Source: Acidobacteriota bacterium
GTDB taxonomy: Bacteria; Acidobacteriota; Blastocatellia; RBC074
Reading direction: 5' to 3'
Length of the DNA stretch: 64,000 nucleotides
Assembly (NCBI GenBank): GCA_016710075.1
Contig: JADJLO010000034.1
Span: forward strand, 13,484 to 77,483
Shown piece after piece: positions 42,226 through 52,960 of this stretch (position 1 is the stretch's first letter; each line of letters starts with the position of its first letter). The position numbers and the translations under genes are program-made. Below the pieces are notes generated by a model. That model had not been told where the DNA came from. It did not search any database and saw only the letters and a program-made list of their open reading frames with translations.

Positions 42226-42469
42226 CTTTCAGCTCCTGATCTATTTCCTCTGCCGAATATTGGAAAGGTGACACCTCAAAGCGTGAAAGGGCTTCAATGA
42301 ATTCGGCCCGGCTGAGACCCGCTATTTCGGCAGCTTTCCCTTGGGAGACCCTGCCTACTTCATACCATTTGACGGCGGCGGCGATGCGCATCTCCTTCAC
42401 GAATTCGTCTGGCGCGTATCTCAATGCCGAAAAGACACTGTCTGGTAACTGAACCGATATCGTTGTCAT
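42215..42469 (-). CDS. UPF0175-family antitoxin
   Basis: VKWYEVGRVSQGKAAEIAGLSRAEFIEALSRFEVSPF; partner of the DUF3368 toxin; genes overlap. Confidence 0.65.
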   Translation of the reverse strand: MTTISVQLPDSVFSALRYAPDEFVKEMRIAAAVKWYEVGRVSQGKAAEIAGLSRAEFIEALSRFEVSPFQYSAEEIDQELKVVQ

Positions 42470-42471
42470 TT

Positions 42472-44140
<1,669 letters not shown>

Positions 44141-44269
44141 AATATCTTGTCATCAAATGCGAAAAAGGCAGCTAATGTCGCCTGATTGAGACCCCTGTTT
44201 TCGCCAATTTCAAGCTGGCTATAATTTTCAAGGAGCTATGATACGGTTGCCCTGTTTCAAACGCCCGCA

Positions 44270-44821
44270 TTATTGACCCACTGAGCCAGATTTCAGTATT
44301 TCATCAGTTGAAACCTCAACGACGTTTCCGCTCTTAACTATGAAATAAGTCATATGACTATTGGCATTGTAGCTTGGGGCAGAAATGCTATAGTACTTTC
44401 CGTCAAGCAACTGAGGCGGTTTGACATTGTCACGGGGGTATACCTGCCTGAACCCATGTGGAATTTCGCCATAAATTATTGTTGGTAAGTCAGGAATTCT
44501 CTTTCCCCTTCCAGGATCGAGTTGCCAAATTGTGCGATTTTCCCCAATTACTTGCTTTATCTTCAATAACTCTTCGTTGGTTACTATTTTGTCCGCTACA
44601 CCCACTACAAGCTTCACCTCGTCAAGTGAATATGGGCCCGAAACATACATCTGAGCAAGGATCCCATTGCCAGAAAAGGTGAGTTTAGGCGGGTTATCTT
44701 TGGTGACCCTCACCTTGGTGTCTATTTCACACCCTACGAGCATTGCCATCGAAAGCAAGGTCAGTAGCACAGCCGCTTTTCTAGTGACCATGTTATTTAT
44801 TATATTCATCCCGTTTCTCAT
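44270..44821 (-). CDS. lipoprotein, putative immunity protein for Rhs toxin cassette B
   Basis: Lipobox MLVGC. Paralogous to 45734..46156 (CxxEIDTK-R-...NPP-F-SG-G...SGPY...YG..P.GF.Q...EGKYY). Sits 14 nt after the toxin stop. Confidence 0.55.
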   Translation of the reverse strand: MRNGMNIINNMVTRKAAVLLTLLSMAMLVGCEIDTKVRVTKDNPPKLTFSGNGILAQMYVSGPYSLDEVKLVVGVADKIVTNEELLKIKQVIGENRTIWQLDPGRGKRIPDLPTIIYGEIPHGFRQVYPRDNVKPPQLLDGKYYSISAPSYNANSHMTYFIVKSGNVVEVSTDEILKSGSVGQ

Positions 44822-44834
44822 TTTTTCATATGCT

Positions 44835-45695
44835 TCATCTGTGCCCCACGACTATGCGCGTGCAAGGATGGAATGCTTTTATTGGAATCCCGAATAACCA
44901 TGATGCAACAAAATTCGAAAAGTGCCTTGCACCACCTGGTTTTGCTTCCTCCCAGTGTAGGCTAAACCTAACAGGACCGGCAATATCTGGATTAAAGTTT
45001 TTCCCAGGCCGCCCCATTGAAAAATGATACCATTCCCCGTTGTACTGTTTTCTGTAATCGTTATCTCCCCAGTGATCGAGATGGGGATCATTTGAGAACC
45101 GCTCCCATCCATTTACTTTTACCCTACCCTCAAAATCGCTAAAGCTTCCTGAGTTGGTTATCCTATAAGTGTGTGCATTTTCAATCCAATTATGTGCCAC
45201 TCCGATTGGATTGAGGAGTTGATTATAAATCCCGTTGGGGCCAATGGCTTGATCCCAAGGAGGTTCTCCACAGGGTTGATTTTTCTCTTGCTGATTCTGC
45301 ATATCACCCTGTTGCCCTCCTCCACCGCCACCACCTCCTCCACCACCGACATCACCCCCTCCGCCACTCCCTCTACCATTGTAATTGAAGTAGAGATACC
45401 ACAAGAACCTTAGATAATCCGCTCCAACATAAGACGGATTATCAGGTGGGCTGGAGGGAGGAATTGCCAGGAATAGCCCGGTAGGATCCGTGAAATTCAC
45501 CGGATCATTCCCGACATAGCTGTAGAGGTTCAGGCTCTGTGGATTGGCGGCATCAGCCGCCCCTAGTCCCAGCGGGTCCGCCTGCATGAACCTCCCTGAT
45601 TGTGATGGTAGAACCTCGCGTTGGCGTAATCCAGGTTTGTCGCCCAGTTCCACTCGTATCCGGTGAACTTCCTACTGTTGAGATAAGCTGGGTTT
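44835..45695 (-). CDS. orphan Rhs C-terminal tip + polymorphic toxin domain B (unassigned Cys/His-rich domain); 1-nt frameshift near 45590-45600
   Basis: ...AYLNSRKFTGYEWNWATNLDYANARFYHHNQG (one frame) then RFMQADPLGLGAADAANPQSLNLYSYVGNDPVNFTDPTGLF (DPxGL core end), then a Gly-rich linker and a CT domain with C..P.W, HWG, YNGEWYHFSMGRP. Confidence 0.65.
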
Positions 45696-45733
45696 ATGCA
45701 ATGTATGCAAAATTCGAGATTCCCTGTGCCAAA

Positions 45734-46156
45734 TTACTCTCTTTTAACTTCAACTGCGACATTGTTTTGGATTTTAAAGGCTGTAAAACCTGAACGTGCG
45801 CCGTGGACATAAACGAAAATAGTGTAATATTTTCCTTCCTCAAGAGGTATAGGTTGTCCTTGTTGAGGAAATTGCTGAGAGAAGCCTGATGGAAGAGAAC
45901 CATATGTAATAGGTATTAGCCTCCATACCGGCAGATCCGTCATTCCTGTGATTTCCCATAAACGCAAAGACTCAATGTTATTTAAGTTAGTGTATGGTCC
46001 GCTCATATGAATGTAAGGACAACAACCTGTGCCTGACAACTTAAATGTCGGCGGGTTTTTATTGTCAATCAGTCTAATCTTCGTATCGATCTCAAAAGTA
46101 CAGGCGCCTATTAAGAGTAATGCGATAACGATATTCAAAAACATATGCTTTCGCAT
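45734..46156 (-). CDS. lipoprotein, putative immunity protein for Rhs toxin cassette A
   Basis: MRKHMFLNIVIALLLIGAC lipobox; paralogue of 44270..44821. Confidence 0.55.
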   Translation of the reverse strand: MRKHMFLNIVIALLLIGACTFEIDTKIRLIDNKNPPTFKLSGTGCCPYIHMSGPYTNLNNIESLRLWEITGMTDLPVWRLIPITYGSLPSGFSQQFPQQGQPIPLEEGKYYTIFVYVHGARSGFTAFKIQNNVAVEVKRE

Positions 46157-46219
46157 AAAAACTATAGATAGTTTATCCATTCTTGCACTATTACTATTGA
46201 ATAGCATAGATCTGATTCC

Positions 46220-47865
46220 TCAAAATGGTCGCCTATACCAGGCACCCACAGGTGAAAACACATTTTTGTCCCACCAGTCTTTTGCGTGTTCTCTTGAAGA
46301 TGGTTGAAATAGTTGCTCGCAGTGAATGTCCAACCAGGACGGTGGTGAAGATGATAGCCAAGGTCGTCCGATTGTTAAGTGAAACCACATTCCATTATAG
46401 TAGTGCTCAAAGTCAGGTCCTCCCCAATGCGGAGGATTGATATTTATATAATGCTCCCATCCATTTCCAAGAGCCTTTTGGATTACTGAATAGTATGAGT
46501 TTGGTTTCCCTTTTGGTACTACTTGCCATTCATTATCCTTTATCGCATAGCTAAATCCTAAAGGATCTAAAACCATATTAAATGCTTTGACGGCTTCATC
46601 CCATTTAGGTGAATCGGGCCTACATTTTGACTTGACAGGTGGTTTATTCTGGTTTGGTGTCGCCGGATTTTGCTCCTCACCGCCACCACCTCCTCCGCCA
46701 CCAACATCACCCCACCAGCCGCCGGAAGTGTTCCACCCCCAATGCCAGCCCCATCCAAAACCAAATTCAGCTCCAACATACGACGGGTTATCAGGTGGGC
46801 TGGAGGGAGGAATTGCCAGGAATAGCCCGGTAGGATCCGTGAAATTCACCGGATCATTCCCGACATAGCTGTAGAGGTTCAGGCTCTGTGGATTGGCGGC
46901 ATCAGCCGCCCCTAGTCCCAGCGGGTCAGGCTGCATAAATCTGGCTCGGTTGTGATGGTAGGTTCGAGCATTAGCATCATCCAGATTCGTTGCCCAGTTG
47001 CGCTCATAGCCCGTGAACTTCTTGCTGTTCAGATAAGTCCCGCCCGGAGCCACTTCCAGCAGTGTCTGCCCGTGAGGATCGAACTCTCCGCGATAGGTCA
47101 CATTCCCATTCACATCTGTCAACTTCCGTCCGCTGCCCAGATGATCCGAATGTACCCAGTAGAATTGCGAATCATAGCTCAGCAGCCCAAGCGACTGTCC
47201 GCTCGGCCCGTAGACATAGGCTCGATACACACCTCCGGTCGTAGCTTCTACAACTGGCTGCCCCAGCACGCTCGACCAGATGTAATACAGATTCCCGTAC
47301 CCGCCCGTGTTCTGTACTACCTTCCGCCCGTCGCCGTCATAACCGTAGGTATTGCCGACGGCTCCTGCCGCCGTCAGCCGGTTCGCCGCGTCATAAGTAT
47401 AATTCCAGCCGCTGCCCGAAGTCATATTGCCGGCATTGTCATAGGCGAACCCCGTGTTGTTGATCCGGTTGGTCGATGGCGCTCCGCTCGCGTTCGTCGC
47501 ATAGCTCAAGCTATAGCTGCCCGTCTCGCCGCCTCTGCTTGCCGTCACCCCGGTCAGGTTCCCCTCACCCGGATAGGTCGTCAGGATGCCCACACCGGGA
47601 GCGGCGATGTGCACCTGTGTCGCGCTCCAGTTGGAGAAATTCGCCAACTGGTCGACATTCGTTTTCGCGGCCGCGGTGATCAGGTTTGAGGCTGAATAAC
47701 CCGCCGGATAGTAAGGTTTGGTCGAAATATCCTGCCCGTCGTTTCCCGCCGAGGCGACAACCAGCGTGCCTTTCGTCGACGCCCGATTGACGTCATCGAG
47801 CAGGGCTTGTGAAAACGCATTCACTCCGAAATCGATTGAGCCTCACCTGGCTGTGGAATTACAGC
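46220..47865 (-). CDS. chimeric protein: subtilisin (S8) fragment - Rhs C-terminal core/tip - polymorphic toxin domain A
   Basis: N-terminus GSIDFGVNAFSQALLDDVNRASTKGTLVVASAGNDG...FSNWSATQVHIAAPG (S8 region up to, but not including, the catalytic Ser). It switches at GNLTGVTAS into Rhs repeats, ...YLNSKKFTGYERNW...RFMQPDPLGLG...DPTGLF, then CT domain A (C..P.W, NGWEHY, PHWGG, YNGMWFHLTIGRP). Confidence 0.7.
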
Positions 47866-47874
47866 AGTTGATGA

Positions 47875-47925
47875 TTCCAGGCAGGCGGGGCGCCTGCGGT
47901 CCCACTCGCTTGTCACTGTTTGTCT
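47875..47925. repeat. half-copy of the 41806-41920 hairpin-repeat element; right boundary of the Rhs/TA block, abutting the tex stop
   Basis: CAGGCGGGGCGCCTGCGGTCCCACTCGCTTGTCACTGTTTGTC is identical to 41878-41920. The S8 fragment reading frame begins right after a TGA beside it. Confidence 0.8.
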
Positions 47926-47926
47926 G

Positions 47927-50338
47927 TTACTTCGATTCCTTGTCCTTCTTGTCCATCAACGAGGCGAAGGGGTTATTGAAGGCCTTGTTGGCGGGTGGGC
48001 GTGGCTGTTGTTTGTTTTGTGGTTTGGGCCCCCTGCGGTCGTCCTTTTGTTTCTTCTGTGAATCATGGCCTTCGGGCTGCTGTTTGAGCCGTTCTTCCTT
48101 CCTGGCTTCCGGATCGGACTTCATTGAGAGGGCGATCTGGTTCTTGTCGAGATTTACCTCGATGACGCGGACTTTGACATGGTCGCCGGGGTTGACGACA
48201 TCGCGCGGTTCCTTGATGAAGCGGTTGCTTAATTGTGAGATGTGAACGAGGCCGTCCTGGTGGACTCCGATATCGACGAAAGCGCCGAAATTGGTGACAT
48301 TGGTTACTATGCCGGGACAGATCATACCGGGTTTGAGATCGGCGACTTCGTGGATGTCGTCGCGGTAGGCGAATGCGGCGAACTCCTCGCGCGGATCGCG
48401 GCCGGGTTTTTCGAGTTCACGGACGATGTCGTCGAAGGTGAATTCGCCAATCTCCTGGCGCAGCGATTGAGCCTCTTTGACGTAATGAACACCCGGGCCA
48501 AGCAGATCCGGGATATTCTTGCCGAGCTGCGAGGCGAGGTTTTGGAGGAACGGATACCGTTCCGGATGGACTCCGGTGTTATCAAGCGGGTTGTCACCGC
48601 CGGCAATTCTCAGGAAGCCGGCAGCCTGTTCGAAAGTCTTCTTGCTGAACCTGGGAATTTCGACCAGTTGTTCGCGCGATTTGAAGAGGCCCTTTTGAGA
48701 TCTGTGCTCGACGATCTTCTTTGCCAGCGCCGGCCCGATGCCCGCGACGCGCGAGAGCAGGTGATACGAAGCCGTGTTGAGATTGACCCCTACGGAGTTG
48801 ACGCAGGTGTCGACGACCAGATCGAGGCTCTTCTTGAGCGACGCCTGATTGACGTCGTGCTGGTACTGGCCGACTCCGATGCTCTTGGGATCGGTTTTGA
48901 CGAGTTCCGCCAGCGGATCCTGCAACCTGCGTGCGATCGAGATTGCACCGCGCACGGTCAGATCCAGGTCCGGAAACTCTTCGCGGGCAACTTCGCTTGC
49001 GCTGTAAATGCTCGCGCCGGATTCGTTAACCATGACCACGGGGACGTCCAGATTCGCGGCTTTTAAAGCTTCGCGGATGAAGCTTTCGGTTTCGCGACCG
49101 GCCGTGCCGTTGCCGACTGCCACAGCGCGGATTGCGCTTGTCCCAACAACTTCAGCCAGAATCTTTGCGGACTTCTCCTGATCGGTTTTGCTCTGAAGAT
49201 ACATCACACCGCTGGCGACGTATTTTCCGGAATCATCGACGACGGCGAGCTTGCATCCGGTGCGGATTCCAGGGTCGACGCCCAGAACAGCCTTCGGCCC
49301 GTAGGGGGACGACAGCAAAAGCTTCCTGACGTTTTCAGCAAAGACTTTAATGGCGGCCTCGTCGGCGATGTCCTTTAACGCCCTGTGGACTTCCGTGTCG
49401 ATGCTCGGCGAGACGTAAACTTTGAGTGCCAGCTTCGCCGATCTGAGCAGCACTTCCGCGCCGGGAGAATCGGAAATTGTGCAGGAGGCATTCTCGAAAG
49501 CCTTCAAAAGAATCTCGTCGAAATCCGTGTCTTCAGGCGCTGCGCCGAGAGTCAGGACAAGCTCTTCCTCCATCCATCCGCGCCGCATCGCCAGATAACG
49601 GTGAGAATTCTGTGGCTGCATCAATGAAGTCACTGGCTCGAAGTATTCAAAATAACGTTCGTATTTGCTGTTGGGTTTGGCCTTATCGCCTGTTTTGGTG
49701 ACTACGGCACCGCGTTCGAAAGAGAGGCGCCTGACGGTTTCGCGAAGCTCGGCCGTCTCGCTGAGCTTTTCAATCAGGATATCCTGGGCTCCCTGAATCG
49801 CCGAGGCGGCATCAGTGATTCCCTTCTCTTCATTGAGGAAGCCGGCAGCAAACGATTCCAGGGTCTGTCCCGGTTCAGCCGTGATCTCTCCGTGGCCGCA
49901 TGCCCAGATCCAGTCTGCCAGCGGTTCGAGGCCGGCCTCTTTCGCCATTGTCGCTTTGGTCTTTCGCTTCTGTTTGTATGGCAGATAGAGGTCTTCGAGC
50001 TGTTCGAGATTGAAGGTAATCTCGATCTTCGCCTTCAGTTCCGGGGTGAGTTTGCCCTGGCGCTCGATCTCTTCGAGGATGAAAGCCTGACGCTTGACGA
50101 TCTCATTCCCTTTCTCATCGGCATCGATCACCTGCTGGATCATTACTTCATCGAGATTGCCAGTCTGCTCTTTACGGTATCTGGCGATGAACGGGACCGT
50201 CCCTCCTTCCGCCACCAGAGCCAGCACTGCGGCAGCCGATTTGACGGCAATGCCCGGATAATTTGCCTGAAACCATGTTTCGAAATTCACACTTACTCCT
50301 CTCAACAAACGAACAATTCGAAGCGCGCATAGTGCCAC
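47927..50338 (-). CDS. tex: Tex-like transcription accessory protein (YqgF/RNase H-like, HhH, S1 domains)
   Basis: ...EGGTVPFIARYRKEQTGNLDE N-terminal signature and a C-terminal S1 domain. The N-terminal ~15 aa of the ORF may be an over-extension. Confidence 0.85.
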   Translation of the reverse strand: MALCALRIVRLLRGVSVNFETWFQANYPGIAVKSAAAVLALVAEGGTVPFIARYRKEQTGNLDEVMIQQVIDADEKGNEIVKRQAFILEEIERQGKLTPELKAKIEITFNLEQLEDLYLPYKQKRKTKATMAKEAGLEPLADWIWACGHGEITAEPGQTLESFAAGFLNEEKGITDAASAIQGAQDILIEKLSETAELRETVRRLSFERGAVVTKTGDKAKPNSKYERYFEYFEPVTSLMQPQNSHRYLAMRRGWMEEELVLTLGAAPEDTDFDEILLKAFENASCTISDSPGAEVLLRSAKLALKVYVSPSIDTEVHRALKDIADEAAIKVFAENVRKLLLSSPYGPKAVLGVDPGIRTGCKLAVVDDSGKYVASGVMYLQSKTDQEKSAKILAEVVGTSAIRAVAVGNGTAGRETESFIREALKAANLDVPVVMVNESGASIYSASEVAREEFPDLDLTVRGAISIARRLQDPLAELVKTDPKSIGVGQYQHDVNQASLKKSLDLVVDTCVNSVGVNLNTASYHLLSRVAGIGPALAKKIVEHRSQKGLFKSREQLVEIPRFSKKTFEQAAGFLRIAGGDNPLDNTGVHPERYPFLQNLASQLGKNIPDLLGPGVHYVKEAQSLRQEIGEFTFDDIVRELEKPGRDPREEFAAFAYRDDIHEVADLKPGMICPGIVTNVTNFGAFVDIGVHQDGLVHISQLSNRFIKEPRDVVNPGDHVKVRVIEVNLDKNQIALSMKSDPEARKEERLKQQPEGHDSQKKQKDDRRGPKPQNKQQPRPPANKAFNNPFASLMDKKDKESK

Positions 50339-50439
50339 GTCCGGTCAATCAAGGCAACTACAAGCTGTTGGTCAAATTAAACATCCCTATGATAGTCTTT
50401 AATTCGCGAGCTTTTACTTATATTTAACTGATGCTACGC

Positions 50440-50745
50440 AAATAAGTATTTTTGGATTGGGTTGGCCCCCCCTTTTTAAATAAAACAAACGGCGGAGGCG
50501 GGGGGGGGGGGGGCCCGGGGGGGGGGGGGGGGGGGGGGGGGGGACCCCGGGGAAACCGAGAAAAATAAAAAAAAAAACCCGAGGCCCCGGGGGGGGGAAA
50601 AAAAAAAATTGGGGGGCCAGTTTGGGGGCGCGTTCCGTGGGCGGGGCGGTTCCGGGGGCCGGGAAATACGGGTTGGGGGTCCCGGGGGGCCGCCCTCGGT
50701 TCTTCACCGGCGGGCCACCCGCGCTGGCTGTCAACAAAAGAAATC
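50440..50745. other. low-complexity poly-G / poly-C / poly-A tract, probable sequencing or assembly artefact
   Basis: Runs such as G14, then CCC, then G26..., A11, G9, with no coding potential other than Pro/Gly homopolymers. Confidence 0.6.
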
Positions 50746-50833
50746 GTGCGTAACATCAGTATTTAATTTGAAATACCCCCACTGGAGCATACTGAGATCG
50801 AAGGATTTTAGCTAAAAAAGAAAAGAGGGTTTT

Positions 50834-52036
50834 ATGAATCGCAAATTTTTATCTTTGTTATTGCTTATTTTGATGGGAACAATAATTCAGACTGCATCTG
50901 CTCAATTCCGTGATCAGGTAGGACAGGGTAGTCAGGCTACTGACATTCAGCGAGAGCTTGTCAGACGCGAGCTTGAGAACCAGGTATCCACTCAGAGAGG
51001 CGGTAACGTCACCGTGAGGATCGACCGCGCCTGGTCAAATAATCTGAGCAACCGCGAAACGAATATTCGCGGCACGGCGCTGATCTCTGTTCGTCGCGGA
51101 AGAGAAGAGGCGATCGATTTCGACGCTGTGATCGACACACGATCCAACCGCGTTACCAGAGTTGACTGGAGGCCCGCAGGTCAGGGCAACCAGGGCGATT
51201 ACAATAGACCGGACTACAACCGGCCGTCTTCCGGTCAGTTTCAAAGCGGACGATACGAGATCCAACTGGTTGCAACGAATCGGATGCTTGCAGTGGGCGC
51301 CAATCGCACCGTGGTGCAGACGGATTCGCGCAACAACCGCAATCAGGGATGGGTATTGGAGGATGCCGGCAACGGATTATATTACATCAAGTCTGCAGAT
51401 ACTGGTGAGGTGATGACGGTCAGCGGCGGCGGCAGCGGATCAAGCATTGTGCTCGCCCGCCAGCGCAGAGGCAGTGACGACCAGCTTTGGGAAATCAGAA
51501 GCGGGCCCGATAATGACTACTACCTCATCAGCAGACGCGGTCAGGCCATGGATTCACCAAGCAGCGCGCGTTACGACGGAGGCCGGATGCAGGTATACAA
51601 TCGCAACGGCGAAGCCAATCAGAGGTTCAGGCTCAATCCGGTTGCCGGTGGGAGGGATGACAACTACGACCGCCGTCGCCAGGGAAATCCCCCTTATGAC
51701 CGCAGGCCAGGTGACTATGACCAGCGGCCCGGATATGGCGGCAGTGGCAGCATGACCTGGAGCGGCCGTGTCGATGGCACCGTTGAATTGATCATTCAAG
51801 GCAATTACGTCAGAGAGAACAATATCGACGGCCAGGCCGTATACAATTCACGCTCGCGATTCAGCTCGCAGCTCCCGAATGCCAATGTCAGGGTCAGCGT
51901 CAGCAAACTGCGAGGTAGAGGCCGCGTCGAAATCATCGAACAGCCTTCACAGAACAACCGCTTCTCTGCCGTCATCAGAATCCGCGACGAACAGGGCGGC
52001 GCCGATGATTATGAGATCCAGGTGAACTGGAACTAA
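50834..52036 (+). CDS. secreted protein with ricin-B-type (beta-trefoil) lectin domain
   Basis: Signal peptide. Three QxW-like repeats (NQGWVLE, DQLWEI, NQRFRL) spaced ~40 aa apart in the middle third. Flanking Arg/Asn/Asp-rich segments are unassigned. Confidence 0.65.
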   Translation: MNRKFLSLLLLILMGTIIQTASAQFRDQVGQGSQATDIQRELVRRELENQVSTQRGGNVTVRIDRAWSNNLSNRETNIRGTALISVRRGREEAIDFDAVIDTRSNRVTRVDWRPAGQGNQGDYNRPDYNRPSSGQFQSGRYEIQLVATNRMLAVGANRTVVQTDSRNNRNQGWVLEDAGNGLYYIKSADTGEVMTVSGGGSGSSIVLARQRRGSDDQLWEIRSGPDNDYYLISRRGQAMDSPSSARYDGGRMQVYNRNGEANQRFRLNPVAGGRDDNYDRRRQGNPPYDRRPGDYDQRPGYGGSGSMTWSGRVDGTVELIIQGNYVRENNIDGQAVYNSRSRFSSQLPNANVRVSVSKLRGRGRVEIIEQPSQNNRFSAVIRIRDEQGGADDYEIQVNWN

Positions 52037-52039
52037 GAG

Positions 52040-52215
52040 AAGGAAAGAAGGAAAGAAAGATTACGAAACAGACGAAAAAGAACCAATGGGTGAAGCTTAC
52101 TTTATCGTTCTGAAGTATGTGTGACTGATAATTCTCAAACGATCATACATCTAAATTTTCGTCTGTTTCGTTTATTCCGTTTGTTTCGTAATCTATCCCC
52201 CCTGTTTCGTAATCT
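52040..52215. repeat. MITE/BIME-like element, GATTACGAAACAGACGAAA family (with duplicated right arm)
   Basis: GATTACGAAACAGACGAAAAAGAACC ... TTTTCGTCTGTTTCGTTTATTCCGTTTGTTTCGTAATCTATCCCCCCTGTTTCGTAATCTATCCCCC. Confidence 0.7.
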
Positions 52216-52226
52216 ATCCCCCTTCG

Positions 52227-52931
52227 CTACTCGAACAGCCCCGGAACGGCCTGATGCAGATCGCGGCTGGCGAACCACTCGACCCAGCGGACGCGGCCGG
52301 CCTTGATGGCGTCCCGCACCAGTTTTTCTCTTCTTGTGAGGGCCGACATTCCGGTTTTGATTTCAACGAAGACGACATTGCGTACCTGATTCTCCTCGTC
52401 GTCATTGAGGCCGTCAAAGACCACGAAGTCGACGGGGCTGCCGATAAAGCGGACATCTTTCGGATTGAAATCGAAATTCGGCAGGTAGGGAACGATGTGT
52501 TCGGTGACCTTTCCGATCGTCACCGCCTGGCTTCGCTGGACGGCGTCGAGGCGGATGATCTTCTCCTGTTCGTGTTTCCATTTGATGAGGTCGGTTGTGG
52601 CTTCACGGTGTGCGATTTCACGCTGCTCACGGCGCATCGCTTCGAGCTCATTCTGGGACCAGTCTTTGAAGAGAGAATGAGCCTGAATCAAAGCTTCCTT
52701 CTGCAAGGTGGCCTGTATTGCCTTGACCTCGCGATCACGCCATTCTTCAAATCGATTGCGCACTTTGTCCTGCATCATCATTTCTTCTCTTCGACGCCAG
52801 AGCTCGAATTCTTCCTGAACGATCGAGGGGATTCTGCCCCTGAGAGTGGCGTAGCGATAAACGAAGAAGACCGTGGCAATGATCGAAATGAACAGGAATG
52901 TCAGCAGAGCAATATGCAGTATGTCAATCAT
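52227..52931 (-). CDS. membrane-anchored coiled-coil protein with C-terminal PD-(D/E)xK nuclease-like domain (COG4741-like, Holliday-junction-resolvase-related)
   Basis: N-terminal TM helix, ~120-aa Glu/Arg-rich coiled coil, then VDFVVFDGL...VVFVEIKTG (D...E.K motif). Confidence 0.55.
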   Translation of the reverse strand: MIDILHIALLTFLFISIIATVFFVYRYATLRGRIPSIVQEEFELWRRREEMMMQDKVRNRFEEWRDREVKAIQATLQKEALIQAHSLFKDWSQNELEAMRREQREIAHREATTDLIKWKHEQEKIIRLDAVQRSQAVTIGKVTEHIVPYLPNFDFNPKDVRFIGSPVDFVVFDGLNDDEENQVRNVVFVEIKTGMSALTRREKLVRDAIKAGRVRWVEWFASRDLHQAVPGLFE

Positions 52932-52960
52932 GGTTTTTTCGCCGATGTTGATAACTCATC

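Noticed and set aside
50414-50756. Two overlapping ORFs translating to poly-Pro/Gly peptides (PPPPPPPGPPPP...)
   Set aside because: They lie wholly inside the poly-G/poly-C low-complexity tract. Homopolymer translation with no start context; treated as artefact.
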